A stretch of 45,318 nucleotides of DNA from Oligoflexales bacterium. Lineage in GTDB: Bacteria > Bdellovibrionota_B > Oligoflexia > Oligoflexales > CAIYRB01. Both the position numbers and the translations under genes were made by a program. The notes under the pieces are model-generated. The model was not told where the DNA came from. It saw only the letters and a program-made list of their open reading frames with translations, and did not search any database. The DNA lies in the NCBI GenBank assembly GCA_041736175.1, contig JBGSUI010000149.1, positions 1-45,318 on the forward strand. The letters are read 5' to 3'. This document shows, in pieces, positions 37,205-45,318 of this stretch (its first letter is position 1; each line of letters starts with the position of its first letter).

Positions 37205-38509
37205 TCAATGGTTCAGATGTCTTATAAATTCTACTGGATTTAAATGAAGGACTCCCGGGGCTTCGTAGCGTTTTAGATCCAAGGACACCACAATTTTCTC
37301 GCCCGAGCGCCTGCCGAGTTTTGCAAAGTTACCAAACTCCCGTGCATGAAGCTCGCGGTCAGAGAAAGGGTCTCCGACGGTTAAAGCCACTTGAACGAAG
37401 AGAGTGCGTTGGCCTTTTGTTGCTAAAAAGTCGATTTCGAATATTTGGCCATAGTGGTACCCCTGAAAAGTTGCAGTTTCAAACAGCGACCGACGCAATT
37501 CGTTGAAAATGATATTTTCAAGCAGACGACCTTGATTTTGAGAGCTATTATAGGCAAAACCATGGTCTCCCAAATAGTATTTGTGCTCACTTCTTTTTAG
37601 GATATCGCTGGTGCGGGCTGAATAGATCTCAGCTTTTTTAATCCAAAAGACGTCCTGCAACCATGTCATATATTGTGCGATCGTTGCCTCAGCGATCTTG
37701 ACCCCTGATTTTTTGATCTGCTCAGTCATTCTCTTGTTTGATAAGAGTGATCCATAAATACTGCGAGTATATTCGATCAGTCGTTCGATTATATCTGGGT
37801 CCGCACGGTAGCGATCGATAATATCTTTTTTTACAGTCGAGTGCCGAATGTTGGCAAGCAGATTGGCACGGCTGTGAATGTCTGGAGCTAAGACAACTTC
37901 TGGCATACCGCCTATGTCCATGTATTTATAGAAGGAAGTCAAATCGTTTTGATCGAGGTCTTTAACCATACAAAACTCACGAAAACCCAAGGGCAAAATA
38001 GGGAGATCATAGTATCGGCCTCTTAGTTCCTTGGATAGATCAGCTATAAGAAGCCTGGTGTTAGACCCAGAAACAATCACTTTGTAATTTTTCTTGGGGT
38101 GTTCTAGGAGAGTTGCGACAAGGCTCTGCCATTCTTTCATTTCAACGATTTCATCAATTATCAGATAGATACGAGCAGCATTTTTCGTGGCGATAGTCTT
38201 TTCAAAAAAATCAAGAGCAGTGCTAAACTCATTTTTGTCTCGCAGTGGTTTGAGGGTGTCAAGAAAAAGATTTAAATATAGAATATCGTTCCTTGCTATT
38301 CCCATTCCAACAAGCTCGTCGATGTACTGGCGCAGGAGGTAACTTTTGCCGCTTCGTCTCTGCCCTGAGACGATGATCATTGACTCTGTTTTGGTAAAAC
38401 TCCTTAAACTGCTAAGATACTCGGTTCGCAAAATGCCGCGGGATGCGATGTCGTCTTTCTCCCAAAAATTAAAGGAACGCAAGATATTCAAGATTTCGGT
38501 TTGATTCAA
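37205..38509 (-). CDS. AAA_14-type ATPase with C-terminal DUF4143/PD-(D/E)XK-like domain
   Basis: GQRRSGKS, IIDEI, SGSN, LRGR, GGMPE, KYYLGDHG, LLEN and EIDF...VQV. TTG start after GGAGG. Confidence 0.88.
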   Translation of the reverse strand: MNQTEILNILRSFNFWEKDDIASRGILRTEYLSSLRSFTKTESMIIVSGQRRSGKSYLLRQYIDELVGMGIARNDILYLNLFLDTLKPLRDKNEFSTALDFFEKTIATKNAARIYLIIDEIVEMKEWQSLVATLLEHPKKNYKVIVSGSNTRLLIADLSKELRGRYYDLPILPLGFREFCMVKDLDQNDLTSFYKYMDIGGMPEVVLAPDIHSRANLLANIRHSTVKKDIIDRYRADPDIIERLIEYTRSIYGSLLSNKRMTEQIKKSGVKIAEATIAQYMTWLQDVFWIKKAEIYSARTSDILKRSEHKYYLGDHGFAYNSSQNQGRLLENIIFNELRRSLFETATFQGYHYGQIFEIDFLATKGQRTLFVQVALTVGDPFSDRELHAREFGNFAKLGRRSGEKIVVSLDLKRYEAPGVLHLNPVEFIRHLNH

Positions 38510-38551
38510 AGGTTCGCCTCCCAGTTCCAGCGCTACTAAGCGCATAAAATG

Positions 38552-38672
38552 ATGCATATTACATACTTTAACTATCATAGCATGGAATAAATGATGCACT
38601 TAACCTACTTCTAGAGTAAGTTAGTGCATCTAAAAATGCAAATCACATATCTGTAAGTATGTCATTTGCATT
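38552..38672. repeat. Three 42-bp-periodic imperfect palindromic units (ATGCA...TGCAT)
   Basis: ATGCA half-sites begin at 38552, 38594 and 38636. Units 2 and 3 close with TGCAT to form 36-bp palindromes. Confidence 0.7.
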
Positions 38673-38683
38673 ATATTGGGCTC

Positions 38684-40498
38684 CTATGTCGGCACGATCG
38701 CTTGATCGCTCTTTTCAAGGGCTCCTTCAGATAATCCATGATAAAGAGACCAGTAGGCCTTTTTAAGCTCTAAAAGCTCCTGATGGGTGCCCCTTTCGAC
38801 CACTGAGCCGCTTTTTAAAAGCATAATTTGGTGACATTTTTCGATCGTGACCAGACGGTGGGCGATCACGATGACCGTCGTGCGGGAGAGGACCGCCTCC
38901 GTGGCTTTTTGGATCATCTGCTCAGACTCGGGGTCTATGGATGAGGTCGCTTCGTCAAGGATCACTAGACCAGGGCGGCGTGACATGGCGCGGGCAAAGG
39001 CGATCAGTTGTTTTTGTCCATAGGAAAGGTTAGCTCCCCGTTCCTGAATGGGATGGTTGTAGCCACCTTCGAGCTGGGAGATAAACTCGTGGGCACCGAC
39101 CATCCTTGCAGCATTTTCCACGTCTGTTTGGGTTACGCCCGGGAGGCCCAGGCTTATATTAAAAGTAATAGTCCCATCAAAAAGCACGATATCCTGAGGC
39201 ACGATCGACATATGCAGCCGTAAACTATGTGGATCCAACTCCTTTAAATTGTACCCATCAAGGGTGATCTCGCCCTGATACTGATCGTAGAGCCGTGAGA
39301 GTAGTTTGATGATGGTGGATTTTCCACTACCGGTGGTGCCGACGATCGCCAGAGACTGCTGGGAGTCCAGCCTAAAGCTGATATCTTTAAGGACCTGGGG
39401 TTTGTCGGGGCCGTAGCTAAAGCTGACGTGGGAAAATACGATGGGGCCCGCGATTTTTGTCAGTTTGACCGGCCCAGCGATAGTGTCTTTTTGGTCAAGC
39501 AGGCCAAATATCCGGTCGAGCGAGCTAAAGGCTCCCTGGAGCATGGCCATTTTGTTGCCAAGGTTTTTGAGGGGGTCAAAAAGCTGCTGGATATACTGGA
39601 CAAAGGCCACCAAAATCCCGGCGCTAAGCAGTGTTCTGGATTCGGCAGGAGAGACCACATACCATAGGGCTAGCCCAAGGGTCACGGATGCGATCCCGTC
39701 GAGGACCGAAAACATCAAGGCATCGACCACCACGCTTCCCATCTGGGCGTCGCGGTAGTCTTTGTTTAGCTTTTGGTAATGGGCCGTCGCTGCCGGCTCT
39801 CCTGTCAGGAGTTTGATGGTGGTATGGCCATAAAGGCACTCTTGGGTGTAGCCGTTAAGGGTTGCTATCCGAACCCTGGCTTTTAACATGGTGGTTTTAA
39901 GGGCAGCACTAAACCACTGGACTATGACGAGGACCACAGGGAGGACGACCAGGGCAATCATGGCAAGCTGAGAGGATAGAGTAAACATCCCGATCAGGAT
40001 CCCCACTAAGACTGCTATATCCACGGCCAGGGTCAAGACGCCCATATTGAGGGATTCGCTAAGATTGTCAAAATCACTGGTCGCCCTGGTGCTCAGAGTC
40101 CCACTCAAGGTCTTATCATGGTAAGCAGCCTTAAGACCTAAGATGTGCTTGACCAAAGTCATTCTCAAGTCTCGAATCATCCTAAAGACAGCATAGGATG
40201 TGGTGATCGACTGACCGGCCCGGGTCAGGTATTCGAGAAGCACCAAAACCCCAAACCCTGCCGACCACATAAGCAGAGCCTGGTGGTTGTGCTGAGTGAT
40301 CCCCTCGTCGACCGCATGGCGTAGGCTGAGAGGGATCAAGGCTTGGAAGAGTGAAATAATCGGGATGAGAAACATAGAGTAAATCATGAGGTGTTTATTT
40401 GTGCGCAGGTAGGGCCATAGACGCCCAAGTCCCATAAGATCCTGAAGGATCCCTGAGCTGGTGGTTTTGGAGCCATCAGTGGCTTGTTTGTTGGTCAC
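38684..40498 (-). CDS. ABC exporter, fused TMD+NBD (MdlB-like half)
   Basis: GTTGSGKS, LSYGQKQ, ILDEATS and IAHRL. Start uncertain (GTG 40498 chosen). Confidence 0.9.
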   Translation of the reverse strand: MTNKQATDGSKTTSSGILQDLMGLGRLWPYLRTNKHLMIYSMFLIPIISLFQALIPLSLRHAVDEGITQHNHQALLMWSAGFGVLVLLEYLTRAGQSITTSYAVFRMIRDLRMTLVKHILGLKAAYHDKTLSGTLSTRATSDFDNLSESLNMGVLTLAVDIAVLVGILIGMFTLSSQLAMIALVVLPVVLVIVQWFSAALKTTMLKARVRIATLNGYTQECLYGHTTIKLLTGEPAATAHYQKLNKDYRDAQMGSVVVDALMFSVLDGIASVTLGLALWYVVSPAESRTLLSAGILVAFVQYIQQLFDPLKNLGNKMAMLQGAFSSLDRIFGLLDQKDTIAGPVKLTKIAGPIVFSHVSFSYGPDKPQVLKDISFRLDSQQSLAIVGTTGSGKSTIIKLLSRLYDQYQGEITLDGYNLKELDPHSLRLHMSIVPQDIVLFDGTITFNISLGLPGVTQTDVENAARMVGAHEFISQLEGGYNHPIQERGANLSYGQKQLIAFARAMSRRPGLVILDEATSSIDPESEQMIQKATEAVLSRTTVIVIAHRLVTIEKCHQIMLLKSGSVVERGTHQELLELKKAYWSLYHGLSEGALEKSDQAIVPT

Positions 40499-42200
40499 GG
40501 CTGAGCTCCGAAAAAGTGGCAGATATGCTGGTAAAATCGCCTCGGTCGAGGACTTTTCCAGCACCCAAGACGATGACCTCATCACAGCGCCTGAGGGTGC
40601 TCGGGCGGTGGGACGCTAGGATCATCGGGATTTTGAGATTGAACAGGTTTTTAAGAATCGTCTGTTCTGTCACGTGGTCAACGGCCGATAAAACATCGTC
40701 TAACAACAGCACCTCGGGCTTCCTTAAAATGAGGCGGGCTAAGGCTAATCGTTGCTTTTGGCCACCGGACAGACGCACCCCTTTTTCGCCGATCTCCGTA
40801 TCCCAGCCTTGGGCAAAGGCGTTGATGTCATCCATAATGCTGGCAGCCTGGGCGGCCTTGGTAAGCTCGTCGAGGGATGGGGCCGGATCGAGACCAAAAG
40901 CAAGATTCTCCTTAAGGGAAGCCGAAAAAAGATGCACTCCCTGGAGGGCATACCCCATGGATGCTCGGAGGGAACGGGGGTCGATGCTGAGGATGTCTCG
41001 TCCCTTGAAGGAAATCCTTCCTGGTTCTGGATCATAAAGACGGGTCATCAGGTGAAACAGAGTGGTTTTTCCTGACCCGACCTTGCCAAAGATACCGATC
41101 ACCTTGCCAGCAGTGAGGGTGAGATTGATCCCTTGCAGGCTCGGTGGTCGATCCGGGTAGGCAAAATTAAGATCTCGAACTTCGAGGAGGGTTGGTGGTG
41201 TTGAGGTGCTGGCGCTCACCGAAACAACACCCTCTCGAGGGCCCTCAATGGCTGCGCTGTCAATTGCGGTCAATCTTTCAAGCGCGGTTTTAGCCCGCTG
41301 GTAAACAGCGATGATGATACCCATCGCGGTGAGAGGAAAGGTGAGAAGCCCGATATAAACATTAAAGGCTAGGATATCGCCCACCGTAAGCTGGTTTTGG
41401 CTGACCAAAAAACCCCCGTAGAGGAGGACCGCAAGCTGGGAAAATCCAGCGAGACAGGACATCAGGGGAAAGATCATCGTCCTGATCCAGAGGATCCGGA
41501 TATTGGTGTCATAGACTAAATGATTGCTTTGAGCGACTTTGTTAATAAAAGAGCCTTCGGCACTGTTTGCCTGAATCACATGGACGTTGACAAAGGACTC
41601 GGTCACATGACTCGTGAGTTCCCCAACCGCCTTTTGCTGCTCCCTTGAGCTTTCCTGCATGCGGGGCATGGCAAATCTGGTGATGACCAGCATCAAGAGG
41701 AGCGGTGCCACGGTCAACACGGTCAGGAGGAGGTTGGTTTTGGCCATCATCCAGAGGGTCATCACGCAGAGAAACAGCACGTTGAGGATTTGCAGCATTC
41801 CAAAGGCAAAAAAAGCCCGGAGTTGGCCCGTATCGTTGCTCAGGCGGGAGATAAGGTCGCCTAGCCCAAATTTCGTGAAAAAGTCTTCTGGAAGTTGCAG
41901 CAATTTAGCGAAGAGGTCGTATTTTGTCTCCGTCTCGATCTTGCGCCCCGGCCAAAAGATCAAAATCCGCGACAGGGTCCGGGTTAGGATCAACAAAAAA
42001 CCAAGTCCAACAATCGAAAGGGCGATGGTTGACGTCTCGTCGAGGGAAGCTCCAGAGGTAAACCGATTGATGATTTCTTTGGCGAATTGGGGGATGTAGA
42101 GGTTAATGGAGTTGACGATGGCAAGGAGTACCATCCCCCCTAGGTACCAAGGCCAAAGGGGCAGCACATAACGTCGCGTGTAGGTCCCAAAGGTCAACAT
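40476..42200 (-). CDS. ABC exporter, fused TMD+NBD (MdlA-like half)
   Basis: GKVGSGKT, LSGGQKQR and LLDDVLSAVD (degenerate Walker B). Heterodimer partner of the downstream gene. Confidence 0.9.
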   Translation of the reverse strand: MLTFGTYTRRYVLPLWPWYLGGMVLLAIVNSINLYIPQFAKEIINRFTSGASLDETSTIALSIVGLGFLLILTRTLSRILIFWPGRKIETETKYDLFAKLLQLPEDFFTKFGLGDLISRLSNDTGQLRAFFAFGMLQILNVLFLCVMTLWMMAKTNLLLTVLTVAPLLLMLVITRFAMPRMQESSREQQKAVGELTSHVTESFVNVHVIQANSAEGSFINKVAQSNHLVYDTNIRILWIRTMIFPLMSCLAGFSQLAVLLYGGFLVSQNQLTVGDILAFNVYIGLLTFPLTAMGIIIAVYQRAKTALERLTAIDSAAIEGPREGVVSVSASTSTPPTLLEVRDLNFAYPDRPPSLQGINLTLTAGKVIGIFGKVGSGKTTLFHLMTRLYDPEPGRISFKGRDILSIDPRSLRASMGYALQGVHLFSASLKENLAFGLDPAPSLDELTKAAQAASIMDDINAFAQGWDTEIGEKGVRLSGGQKQRLALARLILRKPEVLLLDDVLSAVDHVTEQTILKNLFNLKIPMILASHRPSTLRRCDEVIVLGAGKVLDRGDFTSISATFSELSRDQQTSH

Positions 42201-42217
42201 CAGGGGTCAGGTCTCCT

Positions 42218-42979
42218 TTAGGTGGTGGTTGCGGGAAAAAATCGTTGTTCGATAAGCTGGATTCTCCGCAAAAAATCCGCCTGGCCCCAGAGGGGGAGCT
42301 CTTCGATAAGTCCCGCTTCCAGGGCAATCACCCGGTCGCAGACTCCGGCGGCAAAGGCAGCCACATGGGTGCTGATGATCGATATTTGGCCTTTTTTGGC
42401 GCGGTTTTTAATCGCATCGTCCAGGGCTCTGCTGTGGAAGATATCGAGTCCCGAGTGTGGTTCGTCGAGGATCAGGACGGTTGGGTCGTGGAGGGTTGCA
42501 AGGGCTAGGCCCACGCGCTTTTGCATCCCGTAGGAGAGGGCACCGAGGGGTTTGTGGCTATAGGACAGGCAGTCCCAATAGCGCTCGGCGGCGGCGACTA
42601 TGTCTTGCCGGTCTGGGAGTTGATAGAGGGCCGCTGCATATTGGAGGAGATCGTGGGAAGTCACCCACAAAGGGAGCCGTGGATGCTGGGGAAGATACCC
42701 GAGGCGGCGCCTTAGGCCCGTGGCTTCTGGAGTGACTCGGTGGCCTTCGAGAAAAATCTGGCCTTGGCTACAGTCGAGATGGCCCGACAGCATTTCGAAG
42801 AGTGTGGTTTTACCGGCACCGTTTTTTCCTAAAAGAGCGACGGTCACTCCACCAAAAAAGCCTACGTCAAGGGGGCCCACGGTAAAGTTACCGTAGGATT
42901 TTTGCAGGTTCTTGGTCCACAAAAAGGCAGGCTCTCCAGATTGTGGATGGAAGGGGGGGACTTGATTCTTCTGGTTCAC
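42218..42979 (-). CDS. ABC transporter ATP-binding protein
   Basis: GKNGAGKT, LSYGMQKR, ILDEPHSGLD and STH. Confidence 0.9.
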   Translation of the reverse strand: MNQKNQVPPFHPQSGEPAFLWTKNLQKSYGNFTVGPLDVGFFGGVTVALLGKNGAGKTTLFEMLSGHLDCSQGQIFLEGHRVTPEATGLRRRLGYLPQHPRLPLWVTSHDLLQYAAALYQLPDRQDIVAAAERYWDCLSYSHKPLGALSYGMQKRVGLALATLHDPTVLILDEPHSGLDIFHSRALDDAIKNRAKKGQISIISTHVAAFAAGVCDRVIALEAGLIEELPLWGQADFLRRIQLIEQRFFPATTT

Positions 42980-43137
42980 GAGTGCCGGTGTCCTCTACTT
43001 TTTATGGAGCTGGCTGTGGTGCCTTTTGGTCGCTGGCTTACAGTTAACAAGTGGTATTAGAAATCATTTTATGTGGTTTGTAACCACCTTTCTCCGGTAT
43101 GGCATCCCCGGCAACGAGCCCCTAAAGGTTGATCGCT

Positions 43138-43578
43138 CTATAGGTGACTTTGTGGTTCGTCCACCCGGATAAAGATTTCCTGGGTGACCTGCTCCCCGGG
43201 CCGCCCAAAGGCTCTAAGGGTGTAGGATGTCGACACCTGCGGGTAGACCGTCACACTCCCATAGGAGCTGTTATAGCCGCCACTAAGATAGTCGACGGTC
43301 ACCGTGTGGGCTCCCCAGACGCTCCAGGTGATCTGCACAGGCTGGCCTCGGATCACCGAGGGTGGCATAGCATCAAACCGCTCGATCCTTAAAAAACCTA
43401 GGGGGTAGGGGTTTCCTGGGTAGGGGTTTCCAGGGTAGGGGTGAGTCCCTTCCCACGGACTTCTAGGCCGTGATCCCCATGGGGTGCGGTGGTGGGGGGG
43501 TGTCCCACAACTCGCCAGGAGGAGACAGGCCGCAAGGAGGGACCAAGGGCCAAAGGATCTTAGATTGATTTGGCTCAC
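43138..43578 (-). CDS. Hypothetical lipoprotein with Pro-rich linker and Ig/PKD-like domain
   Basis: LLASC lipobox, YPGNP repeats, and ITWSV...GSVTVYP..STSYTL motif. Confidence 0.7.
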   Translation of the reverse strand: MSQINLRSFGPWSLLAACLLLASCGTPPHHRTPWGSRPRSPWEGTHPYPGNPYPGNPYPLGFLRIERFDAMPPSVIRGQPVQITWSVWGAHTVTVDYLSGGYNSSYGSVTVYPQVSTSYTLRAFGRPGEQVTQEIFIRVDEPQSHL

Positions 43579-43657
43579 AGCCGGACTCCAAAATCTTTGT
43601 GGGTTTTCATCCTAATATCCTTTCGATTTAGTAAAGCGGCGGAAACCTCTCCCTTCA

Positions 43658-43768
43658 GGGCTGACTTTCACCCATAAGTCTGTAAGAGTCTGAAATCATT
43701 AACGCGAGAAAAATGGTCGGAATCAATGATATCAGCTACTTAAAGCACTTGTGGGTAAAAGTCAGCCC
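43658..43768. mobile_element. 111-bp MITE with 22-bp TIRs and TTCA target duplication
   Basis: TIRs GGGCTGACTTTCACCCATAAGT and ACTTGTGGGTAAAAGTCAGCCC (20/22 match). TTCA at 43654-43657 and 43769-43772. Confidence 0.8.
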
Positions 43769-43810
43769 TTCAGGGGGAGGAGGAGCCGCCCTGCATTTTG
43801 CCCACAAAAG

Positions 43811-45106
43811 CTACCCATAGGAGTACCCGTCGTTTCTCTGGATGAGGTGGCAATAACGATGATGAATCCCTTGGACCACCACTTTATTAACAGTGATATT
43901 AAAGTTGCCTGTGCTCCTGACAGCGACTCTACCGACATAGACTCCTGTTTTTTTACCCTTGGTCACCACGGCTTTCACCAAATCCCCAGTTTGAAAGCCG
44001 AAAACCCTTTTTTCGGCTTTAGCAGCCGTTCGTGGAAATCCGTAACGATCCATACGACATTTTTGCCTTGAGCCGCGGCCTTGCGCTTTGATGAGGAGAG
44101 GACGAAGGTTGGGTGGAATATAGACTTGCTCCCCAGTCTCACCAACGCATGCGGCATCGATCCAATGATCTTTGGTATAGCCTTGGGAGGTTCGGTTTTT
44201 CTTGGTCCTACCGCCTGACCAAAAAGAGACCGGGAGGCCAAGACTTTTTAGCGAATTTCCTATGGCATACCGGGTGGCATTGACCGCTGCTGCGTCTTTA
44301 AGAGGTGCTTTGGCCTGGGCCAGAAGGGTCTTTAATTTTGACTCACCCTTTAAGGATTCTTTTAGGAAGTCCTTTACAGATTGATTAGATTTACGTCGAT
44401 TGCAAGGCCCGCAAGCAAGGGTTAAATTCGTGACGCTATCGGTCCCTCCCCGACTTTTTGGATGAATATGATCAATCTGAAGGGGCTGATCTTTTTTCCC
44501 ACAGTAAGCACAGGTTCTTCGCCATTTTTCTAGCAAATACTCCCTGATTTCGTAACCTAATAGCTCCCCTTGTTGGTACTGAATACCAGAAATTTCGGGA
44601 TCTCTTAGTTTTTGGGTATCAAAGCGCACCGTTTCGACCGCAAGACCTGTCACCGGGGCGATGGCGATGATTTTTTCGACCCAATGGTACACGTTATCAA
44701 CTCTCGACTGTAAAGATGGCGGAAGCCAGTCCTTCCCCCGTCTTCTGTTGTCAAAGCGCGGAGCACGGTAACGGGTCTTGCGGGCTCTCCTTGATCGTCT
44801 GATCCCACGTCTTTGGTCCAAAGACTCCCTAATGGCATGACCTCTATGTTCGAGGTTGAAGGCAAAAACGACCTTTTTGCCTCTTTTGCCATCAGCGACC
44901 ATGGCTACACCGCTCGTCTTGCTGCCAGGATCGACTTTGACTTCGATAGGCTGTACTTCGCCCCCTTGTCGATTGACGAGGATAATCGTAAAGGGGAGCA
45001 TTTTGACCACTTTGGCTTTGCCCGATCTTAGGAGTTCTCTGGCTCGGGCTTGGTGACAGGGCATGAGGGGATTGTGATTCTGATCTAAAACGAGCACTCT
45101 TAACAT
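43811..45106 (-). CDS. iscB: RNA-guided endonuclease IscB
   Basis: PLMP, RuvC-I VDPGSKTSG, Arg-rich RRSRR bridge helix, RuvC-II VETVRFD, HNH CAYC..IDHIHPKSRGGTDSVTNLTLACGPCN, RuvC-III DHWIDA. Confidence 0.96.
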   Translation of the reverse strand: MLRVLVLDQNHNPLMPCHQARARELLRSGKAKVVKMLPFTIILVNRQGGEVQPIEVKVDPGSKTSGVAMVADGKRGKKVVFAFNLEHRGHAIRESLDQRRGIRRSRRARKTRYRAPRFDNRRRGKDWLPPSLQSRVDNVYHWVEKIIAIAPVTGLAVETVRFDTQKLRDPEISGIQYQQGELLGYEIREYLLEKWRRTCAYCGKKDQPLQIDHIHPKSRGGTDSVTNLTLACGPCNRRKSNQSVKDFLKESLKGESKLKTLLAQAKAPLKDAAAVNATRYAIGNSLKSLGLPVSFWSGGRTKKNRTSQGYTKDHWIDAACVGETGEQVYIPPNLRPLLIKAQGRGSRQKCRMDRYGFPRTAAKAEKRVFGFQTGDLVKAVVTKGKKTGVYVGRVAVRSTGNFNITVNKVVVQGIHHRYCHLIQRNDGYSYG

Positions 45107-45119
45107 GGGGAGTTACCTC

Positions 45120-45318
45120 CCATAGCTCTGGGTCTCCAGGCGGATTCCCAGGTAAAAGTCACCTTGGCAATGTTATGAAACCGTTTTAAATGCAAAGAGC
45201 ACTGGCTTAACCCCTTAAACCTGTTTAACCCTTTGCCGCAGAGCCTGGGACTGGTGAAGCATCCCAAGGTGCCTATATATTGGTTTCTAACGTAGCTCAA
45301 AAAGAAATTCTCCTTTGT
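45120..45318 (-). ncRNA. omegaRNA (HEARO-type) scaffold, 5' part beyond the window edge
   Basis: Minus strand reads CTACGTT...ATAGGCACCTTGGGATGCTTCACCAGTCCCAGGCTCTGCGG...TTAAACAGG...GCCAGTG...AACATTGCCAAGGTGA directly upstream of iscB. Boundaries approximate. Confidence 0.85.

Larger units (their letters stand above)
43636..45318 (-). mobile_element. IS200/IS605-superfamily IscB element (left end outside the window)
   Basis: iscB, upstream omegaRNA, and right-end hairpin (GGCGG..CCTCCCCC-TGAA-GGGAGAGG..CCGCC once the MITE is removed). No tnpA in the window. Confidence 0.85.

Noticed and set aside
38552..38672. Periodic repeats as a CRISPR array or integron attC sites
   Set aside because: Units are degenerate, lack constant repeat/unique spacer structure, and show no RYYYAAC/GTTRRRY ends.
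43811..45106. Cas9 or TnpB assignment
   Set aside because: PLMP N-terminus, 431-aa size, HNH inserted in RuvC and an upstream omegaRNA define IscB. No array is present.
45100..45300. 66-aa ORF upstream of iscB
   Set aside because: It coincides with the omegaRNA scaffold and has no protein motif. It is not TnpA (no HUH).

Overview
Bacterial chromosomal window. The many Cys-lipoproteins, the sigma54/sigma28-type promoters and the chemosensory genes suggest Bdellovibrionota/Oligoflexia, but that is an inference. Left to right it holds: a GNAT, an aldo/keto reductase, a lipoprotein, a small Tat protein, a lipoxygenase with a divergent TetR regulator and palindromic operators, an MNT with a decayed HEPN partner, a clostripain-like (clan CD) lipoprotein carrying 10 QGITPG repeats between its catalytic His and Cys followed by a membrane SpoIIE phosphatase, a TumE-like TA pair, a trypsin-like protease, a carotenoid operon (crtY-crtE-crtI-crtB, an unknown membrane protein with duplicated D/E-H motifs, a GT2), a lipoprotein/catalase-like/lipoprotein operon, an EndoU-like nuclease lipoprotein, a CheA hybrid coupled to a soluble internally duplicated receptor, Prc protease, a DUF4160-like/XRE pair, a Gly-rich FN3-like lipoprotein, an AbiEii-type TA, an AAA_14 ATPase, ABC transporters, and an intact IscB with its omegaRNA. 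The IscB right-end hairpin loop is interrupted by a 111-bp MITE. All family calls come from motif recognition; no database searches were run.
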